From an uncultured bacterium (GTDB taxonomy: Bacteria > Patescibacteriota > Minisyncoccia > Phycocordibacterales > GWA1-40-21), in assembly GCA_963804975.1 (NCBI GenBank), contig CAWDSG010000002.1, positions 405,015-469,014 on the forward strand: DNA of 64,000 nucleotides. The letters run 5' to 3'. The notes below the pieces were generated by a model that ran no database searches, had not been told where the DNA came from, and was given only the letters and a program-made list of their open reading frames with translations. Of this stretch, positions 37,985-47,493 are shown piece after piece. The position numbers were made by a program, and so were the translations under genes. The stretch's first letter is position 1. Each line of letters begins with the position of its first letter.

Positions 37985-39244
37985 TTATCTAACATAACCT
38001 TTTTTATAGACCTCATCTAAAATATAAGGTAATAGTAATTTTGTTTTTCGTATAGCCATGGATAAAGCCTGTTTAACTTCTTCGTAAGTGCCAACGCAGT
38101 CAAAAGGTTTATGCCCAGATATTCCCAATAATTCTTTTGCTGTTTTTAATAAGCTTCGTTTTTCAAAAAGATTTTCTCCAAAAATTTTGATTAAATCTTT
38201 CTTATTTAAAAATGGATAAAGAATAATAAATGCAAATAAGCATTTTGAGCAATTATTGCACCATATATCTTTTTTTGAACCTTTATTACAGCTTCTGAAA
38301 ACAGAAAAATATTTTGGATATTTTGAAAATAATTTTGCAATTTGCAATTCATTCAGTGATCTCAAAAAGCTGAAATAGTTAATGTATTTTGCTAAATATT
38401 TTTTAGAATAATCATTAAATGACCTCTCAAATTGTATGGATTTTGAATATTGATGATTGATTGTGTGATTATGAAATCGAACATTGCCTTGACTAGCGCT
38501 TTTTTCATTTGAAAGAGCTATTTCACTATAATCATATAGAACTGCTACTGTGACACTGACAAAAGCCAAATAAGCGGAAAAAGGAGTATGCCCGTTTAAA
38601 TAACCTTGTTTGTTTAATTTAAGCAATTTCTTATCAAGATACCGTTTAATGATGATGGGACTTTCGCAGCCAGCAATTTTTACAACACGTAATGATGCTT
38701 TTGTCGGATTAAGCAGAAGGCAGTTATATTTTTTGACTTTCTTTTTAAATGTTTCCAAAGTTACTATTGAATCTTTGCCTCCACCAATGGGGATTAATGT
38801 ATTTTTACTTTGTTTCTTTGTATAAACAAAGTGAGAAAAGTCTTGAATAGATTTATTAATAATCTTAACAAAATTCTTCTTGGTAAAATCTATTTTGTTT
38901 ATATAAAAGAATTCTCCGAGACCTTTAGTCAAAAGATTCTTCCAGAAACGAATTTGTTCGCTGTTAAGTTTTCCTGCTTCTATGATAATTTCCGGTGAGC
39001 AAGTAGATTTCCAATAGCTTGGTATTTCCGTCAAACCTAAATAAAATGCTAAATTGTTGAGAACCTTTTTGTCTAAGTTTTTAAAGTGCCTATCTGAATC
39101 CAAAAAAACTATTTTAGGTTTAAATATAATATTCGGTTCAATTTCAAAAACAAAAGATATTGATAATTTATTTCTAGTTTGCTTTATGGAATAACTTTTA
39201 TAAATAAATCTTTGGTGCTTCTTGATAAGTTCCGATCTTTTCAT
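37985..39244 (-). CDS. murL: UDP-MurNAc-L-Ala-L-Glu epimerase MurL
   Basis: GGGKDS, NGHTPFSA, NHQYSKS, F.SCN, WC..CSKCLF, KPFDCVG. Confidence 0.8.
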   Translation of the reverse strand: MKRSELIKKHQRFIYKSYSIKQTRNKLSISFVFEIEPNIIFKPKIVFLDSDRHFKNLDKKVLNNLAFYLGLTEIPSYWKSTCSPEIIIEAGKLNSEQIRFWKNLLTKGLGEFFYINKIDFTKKNFVKIINKSIQDFSHFVYTKKQSKNTLIPIGGGKDSIVTLETFKKKVKKYNCLLLNPTKASLRVVKIAGCESPIIIKRYLDKKLLKLNKQGYLNGHTPFSAYLAFVSVTVAVLYDYSEIALSNEKSASQGNVRFHNHTINHQYSKSIQFERSFNDYSKKYLAKYINYFSFLRSLNELQIAKLFSKYPKYFSVFRSCNKGSKKDIWCNNCSKCLFAFIILYPFLNKKDLIKIFGENLFEKRSLLKTAKELLGISGHKPFDCVGTYEEVKQALSMAIRKTKLLLPYILDEVYKKGYVR

Positions 39245-39272
39245 AAAGAAAGTATACCAAAAAATTCAAAGT

Positions 39273-40367
39273 TTAATGAATCAACCTCAAAATATCCTTG
39301 TAAGTTATAAAAATCATCAGTGCGATAAGAAGGACAAAACCCACCATATTTATCCAATTCAATATGACTGGTTTTATTTTTCTTCTGATAATTGTTTCAA
39401 TTATTACAAACAAAGCTCTCCCGCCATCAAGCGCCGGAAATGGAATCAGATTCAAAACCGCCAGATTTATTGAAATCATTGCAACAAAACCCAAAAGATA
39501 TGAGATGCCCAAACTGCTCGCTTGCCCTACCATTACCGCAATCCCCACCGGTCCGGCAATCTGAGAAAGAAAACCGCCATCGCCTCTGAACGCCGCACCG
39601 ATAAAACCAATTATTCCTTTTGCAATATTTCCCGTCTCTATTACCGTAAGTTTTGCTCCCTCATAAAATGACTGGAAGAAACCAAATTTAACCGTGCCGA
39701 CAAGCGCCATTGATATTCCTATGGCTTTTCTTCCGTCAACAAGACCGCTCGCCGCTATGACTTTTGCTGTGCCGGTGGCATTACCTCTTTTGTATCCTAT
39801 ATTTATTATTCCTTTGCTTCCGGCAATTATATTTTGAACATCTGAAATCCCGGGATTCAGCACTTGCGCTTTATCGGATACGATTGAGAGAATATCATCG
39901 CCTTCCTGCATTCCGGCTTTATCAGACGGAGAATCTTTTTCAACTGAAAGAACCATTACCGAGACATTTTGAGCCTTGTCCTTATACTGATCTTCAATGG
40001 AAGTCAAAAGCCCGATATTGAATGAGATTGAAATCAAAACCCAGGCAAAAACAAAGTTCATCAGGATTCCGGACAAAAGAATGACAATTTGCTTCCATTT
40101 TGAGGCATTTACCAAACTCCTCGCGCTATCAATGCCGTTCATGGATTCTTCGTCTGGATTTTCCCCGAAAATTTTCACATAACCGCCAAAAGGAATCAAA
40201 TTTAAGGAATAAACCGTCTCGCCTCTTTTCCAACTGAAAACTGTCGGCGGAAATCCGATGGCAAATTCATCCACTCTTATGCCGAATATTTTCGCCATCG
40301 TAAAATGGCCAAGCTCGTGGACGAAAACAAGAATCGCCAGAATTATCAAAAAAAGTATGACGGTCAT
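39273..40367 (-). CDS. rseP: Site-2 intramembrane metalloprotease RseP with PDZ domain
   Basis: HELGH, GGYVKI, NLIPFPALDGG. Confidence 0.93.
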   Translation of the reverse strand: MTVILFLIILAILVFVHELGHFTMAKIFGIRVDEFAIGFPPTVFSWKRGETVYSLNLIPFGGYVKIFGENPDEESMNGIDSARSLVNASKWKQIVILLSGILMNFVFAWVLISISFNIGLLTSIEDQYKDKAQNVSVMVLSVEKDSPSDKAGMQEGDDILSIVSDKAQVLNPGISDVQNIIAGSKGIINIGYKRGNATGTAKVIAASGLVDGRKAIGISMALVGTVKFGFFQSFYEGAKLTVIETGNIAKGIIGFIGAAFRGDGGFLSQIAGPVGIAVMVGQASSLGISYLLGFVAMISINLAVLNLIPFPALDGGRALFVIIETIIRRKIKPVILNWINMVGFVLLIALMIFITYKDILRLIH

Positions 40368-40369
40368 TT

Positions 40370-40921
40370 TTAACTATTTATCTCTTTTTCTTTCTTTCCA
40401 AACAAAACTTCCAGATTTTTATTCGCATCGTCTATTATTTTCTGCATCTCGTTCTTGTATCTGAATTTATCATCCTCGCCCATTCCGCCCTTTTTTTCTT
40501 GCGCCTGGATATCATTCCAGATTTCATCGCGGATAGTACGGACATTCACTCTTGCATCTTCAAGCTTCGCCTTTGCCGCCTTTACCATAAGATCTCTTTT
40601 ATCGCCTGTGAGCTCCGGGAAAAATATTCTTACTCCTTTGTCATCCACGCCGACCGAAACTCCGAGATTTGCCGCTGTTATGGCTTTTTCAATTTCTTTT
40701 GCCTGCGATTTATCGTAAGGTGAAACTCTGATGACTCTCGCATCCTCAATCCCGATGCTTGCGACTTGGTTTAAATGCATTCTTGAACCATACGCTTCTA
40801 CCTGTACACCATCCAAAATCGCTGGGCTTGCTATGCCGGTGCGCAAAGTCGTGTATTCTTTAACGAGCCAGTCCTGCGCTCCTTTTATTTTTTCTTTTAG
40901 AATATTAAAATTATACGCCAT
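40370..40921 (-). CDS. frr: Ribosome recycling factor
   Basis: LRTGIASPAILD, YGSRM, IEKAI, PELT. Confidence 0.95.
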   Translation of the reverse strand: MAYNFNILKEKIKGAQDWLVKEYTTLRTGIASPAILDGVQVEAYGSRMHLNQVASIGIEDARVIRVSPYDKSQAKEIEKAITAANLGVSVGVDDKGVRIFFPELTGDKRDLMVKAAKAKLEDARVNVRTIRDEIWNDIQAQEKKGGMGEDDKFRYKNEMQKIIDDANKNLEVLFGKKEKEINS

Positions 40922-41309
40922 GTTGTTTTTTATCTTTTTCTTTTTTTTCAGTTGAGTTCCTTTTTAATTTAGGCAGGAGTTCCTCTGCTTGTTTAAGACC
41001 AATCTCAATATGAAGATGCCTCAATGCTATTTTTAGGAGAATAGGCGTAACATTTATTCCTTCTATCATTTCCGCATGACCTTCGCGAGTTAGGCCTCCT
41101 TCTGCTCTCAAATTGTCAGCAATATCTTCAAGGGTCGCTGTTTCAAGATCTTTCAATCCTAAAATTTTTTTGAAAGCTTTTTTTTCCTGATTTGACACTT
41201 TTTCTTCTTTTGCTTTTGACACCAGCGATCTCTCTTTCCCTTCTGTTTCCAGAAATTCATTTAATTCTTTTATTTTATCTTCCGGTCGTATTGGTGATTG
41301 TTCTTTCAT
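40911..41309 (-). CDS. Hypothetical protein
   Basis: ORF between holB and frr. Start placed at MKEQ behind a TATAAT box (uncertain). Confidence 0.55.
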   Translation of the reverse strand: MKEQSPIRPEDKIKELNEFLETEGKERSLVSKAKEEKVSNQEKKAFKKILGLKDLETATLEDIADNLRAEGGLTREGHAEMIEGINVTPILLKIALRHLHIEIGLKQAEELLPKLKRNSTEKKEKDKKQHGV

Positions 41310-41356
41310 AATAGTCATATTATATCCCAAAATAAATATAAAAACAAAAACCCGAA

Positions 41357-42046
41357 TTATTCCGCCGGCAAAACCAGTGCCAAATACTCCAAAAGCATTT
41401 TGAGCGATGGGGATTGCTCGCTTGCATATTGGCGGACCTTTTCCATTCTTTCAAACATTTCGGTTTTTGATTTTCCTTCCTTTGAAAAATCGGTTTTATT
41501 TTTCAGTTCCGATTCCAAAGCATTGATAAATTTGGAAACTTCAATTTTAGATTTCTCTTCGTCCGTAATACTTTCCATAAGATTTTTAATCTCTTCCATT
41601 TTCTCGCCCATCGGCATCTTGATGAATTTTTTTACATCAATCGCCGAATCGCTTTTGCCAGAATGTTCAATGATGTTCATTCTTGATTTCAATGTCGCAA
41701 TAAGTCCGTTTGCGGAAGGAATTATCAGAAAAAAGTGCGTGTCGCCTCTCGGCTCTTCAAAAAGTTTCAACATCGCGTTCTGTGCTTTCTCTGTAATAAA
41801 GTTTGCGCTTACGATAAATATTTTTTTATCCGATAATACCGGCTTGTTTCCGTGAAGGTTTTTTATGGTTCTTGAATCCTCAATATCCATTACATCATAA
41901 ACTCCTCGCCAAAAATCCGGATTGCCTTCCGTTTTAAAACCAAGTTCCTTTTTCAAAAAATTTTCAAGTTCGGAAACAATCTCATCCGCATTGCCGACAA
42001 TGCAATATGCGTGATGCAGATTTTTGTCTTTAATATACAAATCCAT
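41357..42046 (-). CDS. holB: DNA polymerase III delta' subunit-like (truncated AAA+)
   Basis: LHHAY, AQNAMLKLFEEP, TLKSR. Confidence 0.75.
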   Translation of the reverse strand: MDLYIKDKNLHHAYCIVGNADEIVSELENFLKKELGFKTEGNPDFWRGVYDVMDIEDSRTIKNLHGNKPVLSDKKIFIVSANFITEKAQNAMLKLFEEPRGDTHFFLIIPSANGLIATLKSRMNIIEHSGKSDSAIDVKKFIKMPMGEKMEEIKNLMESITDEEKSKIEVSKFINALESELKNKTDFSKEGKSKTEMFERMEKVRQYASEQSPSLKMLLEYLALVLPAE

Positions 42047-42063
42047 ATCAATATCAATTTGTA

Positions 42064-43077
42064 TTACCTTTTAGCTATAATAGATTTCTTATACGTATCC
42101 AAATGCTCCAGTGCAATTCCCGTCCCTTTTGCCACACAGTAAAGCGGTTCGTCCGCAACCTGCGCTTTCACTCCAGTTCTTCTGAAAACAAGCTCTGTCA
42201 TATTTCTAAGCTGGCTTGAACCACCAGTCATTATTATTCCGTTGTCAATAATATCCGCGGCAAGTTCAGGTGGAGTTTCCTGCAAAACATCTTTTATCGC
42301 TTTCACCATATCTTTCAATTCTTTTGAAATAGCTTTGACAACTTCATTGGTTTTGAGTTCTGTAGAGCGAGGAAGTCCGGTCATAAAGTCCCTGCCTTTT
42401 ACAATCATAACCAGTTCTTCTTCCACGGGAACGGCACTTCCGATTTTTATCTTGATATCTTCCGCGGTCTTGTCTCCCACAGCAAGATTGAAAGTTTTTT
42501 TCAAATAATCTGCGATAGCAGCATCAATTTTATTTCCTGCGCATTTCACGGAAGTTGAAGATACGATTCCTCCCAAAGAAATGACTGCAACATCCGTCGT
42601 TCCCCCGCCAATATCCACCACCATGTGCCCCATTGCTTCATAAATGGGAATGCCGGCTCCGATAGCAGCTAAAATGGGCTCCTTGACCACGTAAGCGTTT
42701 TTTGCTCCGGCTCTTATCGCCGCCTCAACTACTGCCCTTCTTTCCGTTGATGTGATTCCCGCGGGTACGGAGACCATGACTTCCGGTTTGAAAATATTCC
42801 ATTTGCCGAGAGCTTTGTCTATAAAATATCTGAGCATTGCTTCGGTAATTCTGTAATCGGCAATGACGCCGTCTTTCATCGGACGATAAGCGATAATGGA
42901 ATCCGGAGTCCTTCCGATCATGCTTTTTGCTTCAATCCCGACTGCAAGAATTTTGTTGTCCTGCTCGGCTATGGCAACGACGGATGGCTCAAAGAGAACC
43001 ACTCCTTTATTCGGCAAAAAAACCAGCGTATTCGCCGTTCCCAGATCTATCCCCAATTTGCGAATGAATATGCTCAT
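42064..43077 (-). CDS. mreB: Second MreB/Mbl paralog
   Basis: GIDLGTANT, DIGGGTTD, ETPPELAAD, TGGSSQL. Confidence 0.92.
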   Translation of the reverse strand: MSIFIRKLGIDLGTANTLVFLPNKGVVLFEPSVVAIAEQDNKILAVGIEAKSMIGRTPDSIIAYRPMKDGVIADYRITEAMLRYFIDKALGKWNIFKPEVMVSVPAGITSTERRAVVEAAIRAGAKNAYVVKEPILAAIGAGIPIYEAMGHMVVDIGGGTTDVAVISLGGIVSSTSVKCAGNKIDAAIADYLKKTFNLAVGDKTAEDIKIKIGSAVPVEEELVMIVKGRDFMTGLPRSTELKTNEVVKAISKELKDMVKAIKDVLQETPPELAADIIDNGIIMTGGSSQLRNMTELVFRRTGVKAQVADEPLYCVAKGTGIALEHLDTYKKSIIAKR

Positions 43078-43166
43078 TAAAGTTATATTATATCTTTTTT
43101 AAGTAATTGCAAATTAAAAATACCAGAGGTTGACAAAATAGTTTGTTTTGGTAGTATACTGATTAA

Positions 43167-43267
43167 GTGCGCTCACAAATGGTTACCGTGCTTGTGACCT
43201 GAGAACCTTATGGTAATGCACACCAAGAGGTTGGAGGTTAGATTCTTAATCTCTATGAGCGTCACCA
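43167..43267 (+). ncRNA. Unassigned structured RNA of about 100 nt
   Basis: TTGACA promoter (43130-43160); end pairing GTGCGCTCA/TGAGCGTCAC followed by CA; internal hairpins; downstream terminator. Confidence 0.5.
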
Positions 43268-43292
43268 AAACACCCATAAAAAATATTGGGTC

Positions 43293-43320
43293 AGCCATCT
43301 CTTCGGGGATGGCTTTTTTT
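43293..43320 (+). terminator. Intrinsic terminator
   Basis: AGCCATCTC-TTCG-GGGATGGCT plus T-run. Confidence 0.85.
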
Positions 43321-43366
43321 ATGTTTCATTTATACAAAAAATCTATAAATATGCTAGAATCTTTTT

Positions 43367-44674
43367 ATGACCGACAAAGGACCGATGAATTTCGAGATAG
43401 ACGGCGGGAAAAAACTTTCCGGCACCGTCATAACCAAAACATCAAAAAACGGCGCGATGGGCATTATTTCCGCATCACTATTGAACAAAGGAAAAACGCT
43501 TCTCAAAAATGTTCCTAAAATCGAAGAGGTTTACAGGATGGTGGAAGTGCTTCAAAGCATCGGTGTATCGGTGCGATGGATCGACAGCAACCTTGAAATC
43601 AAAGCGGATAAAATAAATCTGAAAAATATCAACAAAGAATCTGCGGAAAAAACAAGAAGTATCATCATGCTCATCGGCCCGCTTGCCCATAGATTCAAAA
43701 AATTTTCGCTTCCGCATTCCGGCGGATGTAAGCTAGGAAGTCGCACCGTAATGCCTCATTTCTTTGCGCTAGAAAATTTAGGCATCAGTATCAAAACAAG
43801 GCATGATAGCTACAGTATTTCGCATAAAAAACTTTCGCCCAGCGAATTCACGCTCTATGAGTCCGGAGATACCGTCACAGAAAATGCAATTATGGCCGCA
43901 TCGCTTATTCCCGGAAAAACAAAGATTAAATTCGCCTCCGCAAATTATCAGGTGCAGGATTTATGCTTCTTTCTGCAGAAATTCGGCGTCAAAATTGACG
44001 GAATCGGCACAACCACGATTGCAGTCCATGGCGTCAAAAAAATAAATAAAAATATCACGTATTATCTTGCCGAAGATCCGATAGACAGCATGTTTTTTAT
44101 CGCAGTTTCAGCTGTGACCAAATCCGGCATCATTATCAAGCGTTGCCCTATTGATTTCCTTGAAATAGAACTATTGAAACTCAAAAAAATGGGTTTTAAA
44201 TATAAAATTTTGAAAAAATATAAAGCGCTGAATAGAAAAACAAATCTGGTTGATATCAAAACATTTCCGTCAAATCTTGTCGCTCTCGGCGACAAAATAG
44301 AATCCCGGCCGTATCCGGGGCTCAATATAGACAATCTTCCCTTTTTTGCTGTCATTGCCACGCAAGCAAAAGGCCAGACGCTCATCCACGACTGGGTTTA
44401 TGAAAAAAGAGCGATACATTATAAAGAGCTGGATCGGTTGGGCGCTGATACAATCCTTGCCGATCCGCACAGATTTTACGTAAACGGAAAAACGAAGCTC
44501 AAGCCCGCAGAAATTATTTCCCCTTCCGCTCTCCGTCCTGCAGCTGTTGTGCTTATCGGAATGCTGGCCGCACACGGAAAATCCATCTTGAGAAATGTTT
44601 ACAACATCAACCGCGGGTATGAGGATATCGCGAAAAGATTGAATGAGCTCGGAGCAAAAATAAAGATTCTCTAG
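43367..44674 (+). CDS. murA: UDP-GlcNAc 1-carboxyvinyltransferase
   Basis: SKN, GGCKLGSR (catalytic Cys loop), TEN, PYPG, YEKR, INRGYE. Confidence 0.92.
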   Translation: MTDKGPMNFEIDGGKKLSGTVITKTSKNGAMGIISASLLNKGKTLLKNVPKIEEVYRMVEVLQSIGVSVRWIDSNLEIKADKINLKNINKESAEKTRSIIMLIGPLAHRFKKFSLPHSGGCKLGSRTVMPHFFALENLGISIKTRHDSYSISHKKLSPSEFTLYESGDTVTENAIMAASLIPGKTKIKFASANYQVQDLCFFLQKFGVKIDGIGTTTIAVHGVKKINKNITYYLAEDPIDSMFFIAVSAVTKSGIIIKRCPIDFLEIELLKLKKMGFKYKILKKYKALNRKTNLVDIKTFPSNLVALGDKIESRPYPGLNIDNLPFFAVIATQAKGQTLIHDWVYEKRAIHYKELDRLGADTILADPHRFYVNGKTKLKPAEIISPSALRPAAVVLIGMLAAHGKSILRNVYNINRGYEDIAKRLNELGAKIKIL

Positions 44675-44677
44675 AAA

Positions 44678-44881
44678 TTAATCCGTACCTAATATTTCGG
44701 AATGATTTTCCTTTGCTAATTTTCTTAATTTTATAACAGCTTCAATTTCTTTAATATCTTTCTCAGTAATAGGATGTACACCTTTTTCTTCTACCTTTTT
44801 TAGAATTTCTTTCCAAGACATATCATCAGTTAACTGAAGTATAAATTCTTTTGTATTTTCTGGATTTGCTGGTAATTCCAT
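44678..44881 (-). CDS. Small hypothetical protein
   Basis: 67-aa AT-rich ORF downstream of the GNAT gene. Confidence 0.5.
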   Translation of the reverse strand: MELPANPENTKEFILQLTDDMSWKEILKKVEEKGVHPITEKDIKEIEAVIKLRKLAKENHSEILGTD

Positions 44882-44913
44882 ATAATTTTATATTAATCAT
44901 TAATAAGTTAAAG

Positions 44914-45405
44914 TCAACCAACGAACATTTCTAAAGTTAAATCATGATCTTTAAATCCGATTTTTTTGTAAAAACTTATTCCTTCTCTATTTTTTGCAGA
45001 AGCTTTAACAGTAATGCGATAAACTCTGTTTTTCCTACACCAATTCATAAAATTTTTCGCTAATTTCGTACCTATTCCTCTGCCTCTAAAACTTTTTTCG
45101 ATAGACATGTTTTCCAATTCGGCATATTTTGCTTTTTTGAGAAAAAATTCTCTTTCAGAAATTCCACCGCATAAATAGCCAATAATTTTACCTTTTAGTT
45201 CTGCTATTTCTACAAAGCTGTTTTTCCCCATAATTCTATTTTTAAAATACTTTTTTCCTTCATTGTAAGTCCATTTTAAATTTAAACTCTTGTCATACTC
45301 CTTGTATTCTTTTTTAAATAAATTAAAATTTAATTTCAAAATACCGCCAAGATCTTCAATTTTTGCCTTTTTAATTAAAATATCGTTTTTTATGAAGGAT
45401 TCCAT
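44914..45405 (-). CDS. GNAT-family acetyltransferase
   Basis: FRGRGIGTKL acetyl-CoA motif, N..GISFYKKIGF. Confidence 0.9.
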   Translation of the reverse strand: MESFIKNDILIKKAKIEDLGGILKLNFNLFKKEYKEYDKSLNLKWTYNEGKKYFKNRIMGKNSFVEIAELKGKIIGYLCGGISEREFFLKKAKYAELENMSIEKSFRGRGIGTKLAKNFMNWCRKNRVYRITVKASAKNREGISFYKKIGFKDHDLTLEMFVG

Positions 45406-45468
45406 AAATTCATTATATCAGATTTTGAAAAGTTGAAAAACCGCCTATTTTCTGTCATTATACAGCTA

Positions 45469-47400
45469 ATGAAAATTCTGGAAGTTATTCCAATTTCAAA
45501 AGGAATCACAATGGAAACGCTTACGTATTTTACCGGAAGCGATGTTCCCGCTGGTTCCGTGGTAAAAGTTCCGCTCAGGAAAAAAGCGATTTCGGCAATC
45601 GTCCTGTCCGTCAGAGAGGCGGAAATCATGAAGTCGGAAATAAAAAAATCAGCATTTTCGCTGAAAAAAATCGAAAAGATAAAACATTCAAATTTGCTTA
45701 GAAAAGAATTTGTGGAAGCATCGGTGGATACGGCCGAATATTATGCCGGCTTTACCGGAGCTGTACTTGGTTCAATGATTCCTAAGGTTTTTTTCGAAAA
45801 TCTGGACAAGCTTAAAATCCCAAAAAGTGAAGTTTTAGCCGAAACGCCAAAAGCTGCGGAAAAATTCGCCATCCAATCAAATGACGAAGACAGATACGCC
45901 CATTATAAAAGCATTATTCGGGAAGAATTCGCAAAAAACTATTCCGTGTTTTTCTGTCTGCCGACAATTCAGGATATTAAAAAAGCAACTGAGACCTTGA
46001 AAAAAGGAATTGAACATTACACCTTTACGCTTCATGGACTGATGAAAAAGAAAGAAATCATAGAAATTACAAATAAAATCCTCAAAGAAAAACATCCTAT
46101 TTTGATAATCGCCACAGGCGCATTTTTGAGCATTCCAAAAGAAAAAATCGGCACGATAATAATAGACAAGGAAAATTCGCGGGCTTACAAGCAGCAGACA
46201 AGACCATACATTGACATCAGAAATTTCGCTGAAGCATTCGCAAATAAAATAAAAGCAAAAATAATTTTCGGCGACCTGCTTCTGCGCGCAGAAACGATAT
46301 ACCGATACAAAAAAGGAGAGCTGATAGAAATCGCTCCGCTCAAATTCCGTTCGCTCACTACTTCAAATGAAGTGCTTATAGATATGAAGCAAAAAAAGAC
46401 GGGCAAAAATGATGAGAAAGAAACAAAAAAAGACGAATTCAGGATATTCAGTCCGGAGCTTGAGAAAAAAATAAAGGAAAATATCGAGAATAACGAGCAT
46501 ATGTTCATTTTCACCGCAAGGCGAGGCCTTTCCCCTTCCACACTCTGCTCCGATTGCGGAAATATAGTCAAATGCAATTCTTGCGGAGCTCATGTAGTTT
46601 TGCACCTACCTAGCCGGCAGGCAGGTAAAGCGACGGAGAATTTCTTTTTGTGCCACAGATGCGGAGAAAGAAGAAGTGCAAATGAAAAATGCGTAAACTG
46701 CGGAGGATGGAAGCTTGCAACGCTTGGAATCGGCGCAGAACTGATTGAAGAAAAATTGAAGGAAATGTGCCCAAAATGCAAAATCTGGAGATTGGATGCC
46801 GATGTTGCCAAAACCCACAAAAAAGCCGGAGAGATTGCGGAAAAATTTTACAATTCTCCGGAAAGCATTCTGATCGGAACGGAAATGGCGCTTCTTTATC
46901 TTTCAAAAAAAGTTGAAAATTCCGCCGTGGTTTCCATGGATACTTTTTTCTCAATCCCCGATTTCAGGGTAAACGAAAAGGTTCTGAATATTCTGCTGAA
47001 AATACGCGCTATTACGGACAGAAGTCTGATAATACAGACCCGCGACAGCTCGCAGAAAGTTTTCAACTACGCTTTGACCGGGAATTTGATTGACTTCTTC
47101 AAAGATGAAATTGACGATAGGAAAGCTCTCGGCTATCCGCCATTTTCAACTCTCATAAAAATATCCGTTTCAGGTTCCAAAGAAGACGTTTTGAAATCCG
47201 CGGAAGATTTGCAAAAAACTATAGAACCGTACGAAATGGATGTATTCCCCGCGTTTATTCCGCAGAAAAAAGGAAAATGCGGCATAAATGGAATAATAAA
47301 AATCCCAGGAGGAAAATGGCCCGACAAAAATATTTCCGAAAAACTGAAATATCTTCCGATGAATTTCTCCGTGAATGTGGATCCGGATAGTTTATTGTAA
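45469..47400 (+). CDS. priA: Primosomal protein N' (PriA) with degenerate helicase motifs
   Basis: LTY..G..V.VP 3'-binding domain, YKQ..RPY, RRG plus four CxxC, G.GAE, YPPF. Start at ATG 45469. Confidence 0.88.
   Translation: MKILEVIPISKGITMETLTYFTGSDVPAGSVVKVPLRKKAISAIVLSVREAEIMKSEIKKSAFSLKKIEKIKHSNLLRKEFVEASVDTAEYYAGFTGAVLGSMIPKVFFENLDKLKIPKSEVLAETPKAAEKFAIQSNDEDRYAHYKSIIREEFAKNYSVFFCLPTIQDIKKATETLKKGIEHYTFTLHGLMKKKEIIEITNKILKEKHPILIIATGAFLSIPKEKIGTIIIDKENSRAYKQQTRPYIDIRNFAEAFANKIKAKIIFGDLLLRAETIYRYKKGELIEIAPLKFRSLTTSNEVLIDMKQKKTGKNDEKETKKDEFRIFSPELEKKIKENIENNEHMFIFTARRGLSPSTLCSDCGNIVKCNSCGAHVVLHLPSRQAGKATENFFLCHRCGERRSANEKCVNCGGWKLATLGIGAELIEEKLKEMCPKCKIWRLDADVAKTHKKAGEIAEKFYNSPESILIGTEMALLYLSKKVENSAVVSMDTFFSIPDFRVNEKVLNILLKIRAITDRSLIIQTRDSSQKVFNYALTGNLIDFFKDEIDDRKALGYPPFSTLIKISVSGSKEDVLKSAEDLQKTIEPYEMDVFPAFIPQKKGKCGINGIIKIPGGKWPDKNISEKLKYLPMNFSVNVDPDSLL
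46604..46626. repeat. In-frame palindromic insert in priA (LPSRQAG)
   Basis: ACCTACCT-AGCCGGC-AGGCAGGT inside the Zn-binding region. Confidence 0.85.
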
Positions 47401-47402
47401 AA

Positions 47403-47486
47403 AAACAAGCGCAATTAAAAAAATTCTCCGAGAACTGTTTGAACGAAGTGAGTTTTCGAGGAGAAATTTTTTAATTGCGCTTGTTT
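47403..47486. repeat. REP-like element between convergent priA and ftsQ-like genes
   Basis: Arms of about 27 bp (one mismatch); core CGAGAACTGTTTGAACGAAGTGAGTTTTCGAG. Confidence 0.88.
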
Positions 47487-47493
47487 ATATTAA

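Noticed and set aside
43195-43235. TPP riboswitch-like words (CTGAGA, AACCT..TAATGC..AGG)
   Set aside because: The P2/P3 arrangement and the conserved GCG junction are missing, and no thiamine gene follows.
43210-43518. 102-aa ORF overlapping the murA start, and most other short ORFs in the track
   Set aside because: They overlap well-supported genes or cross a terminator and show no recognisable motifs.
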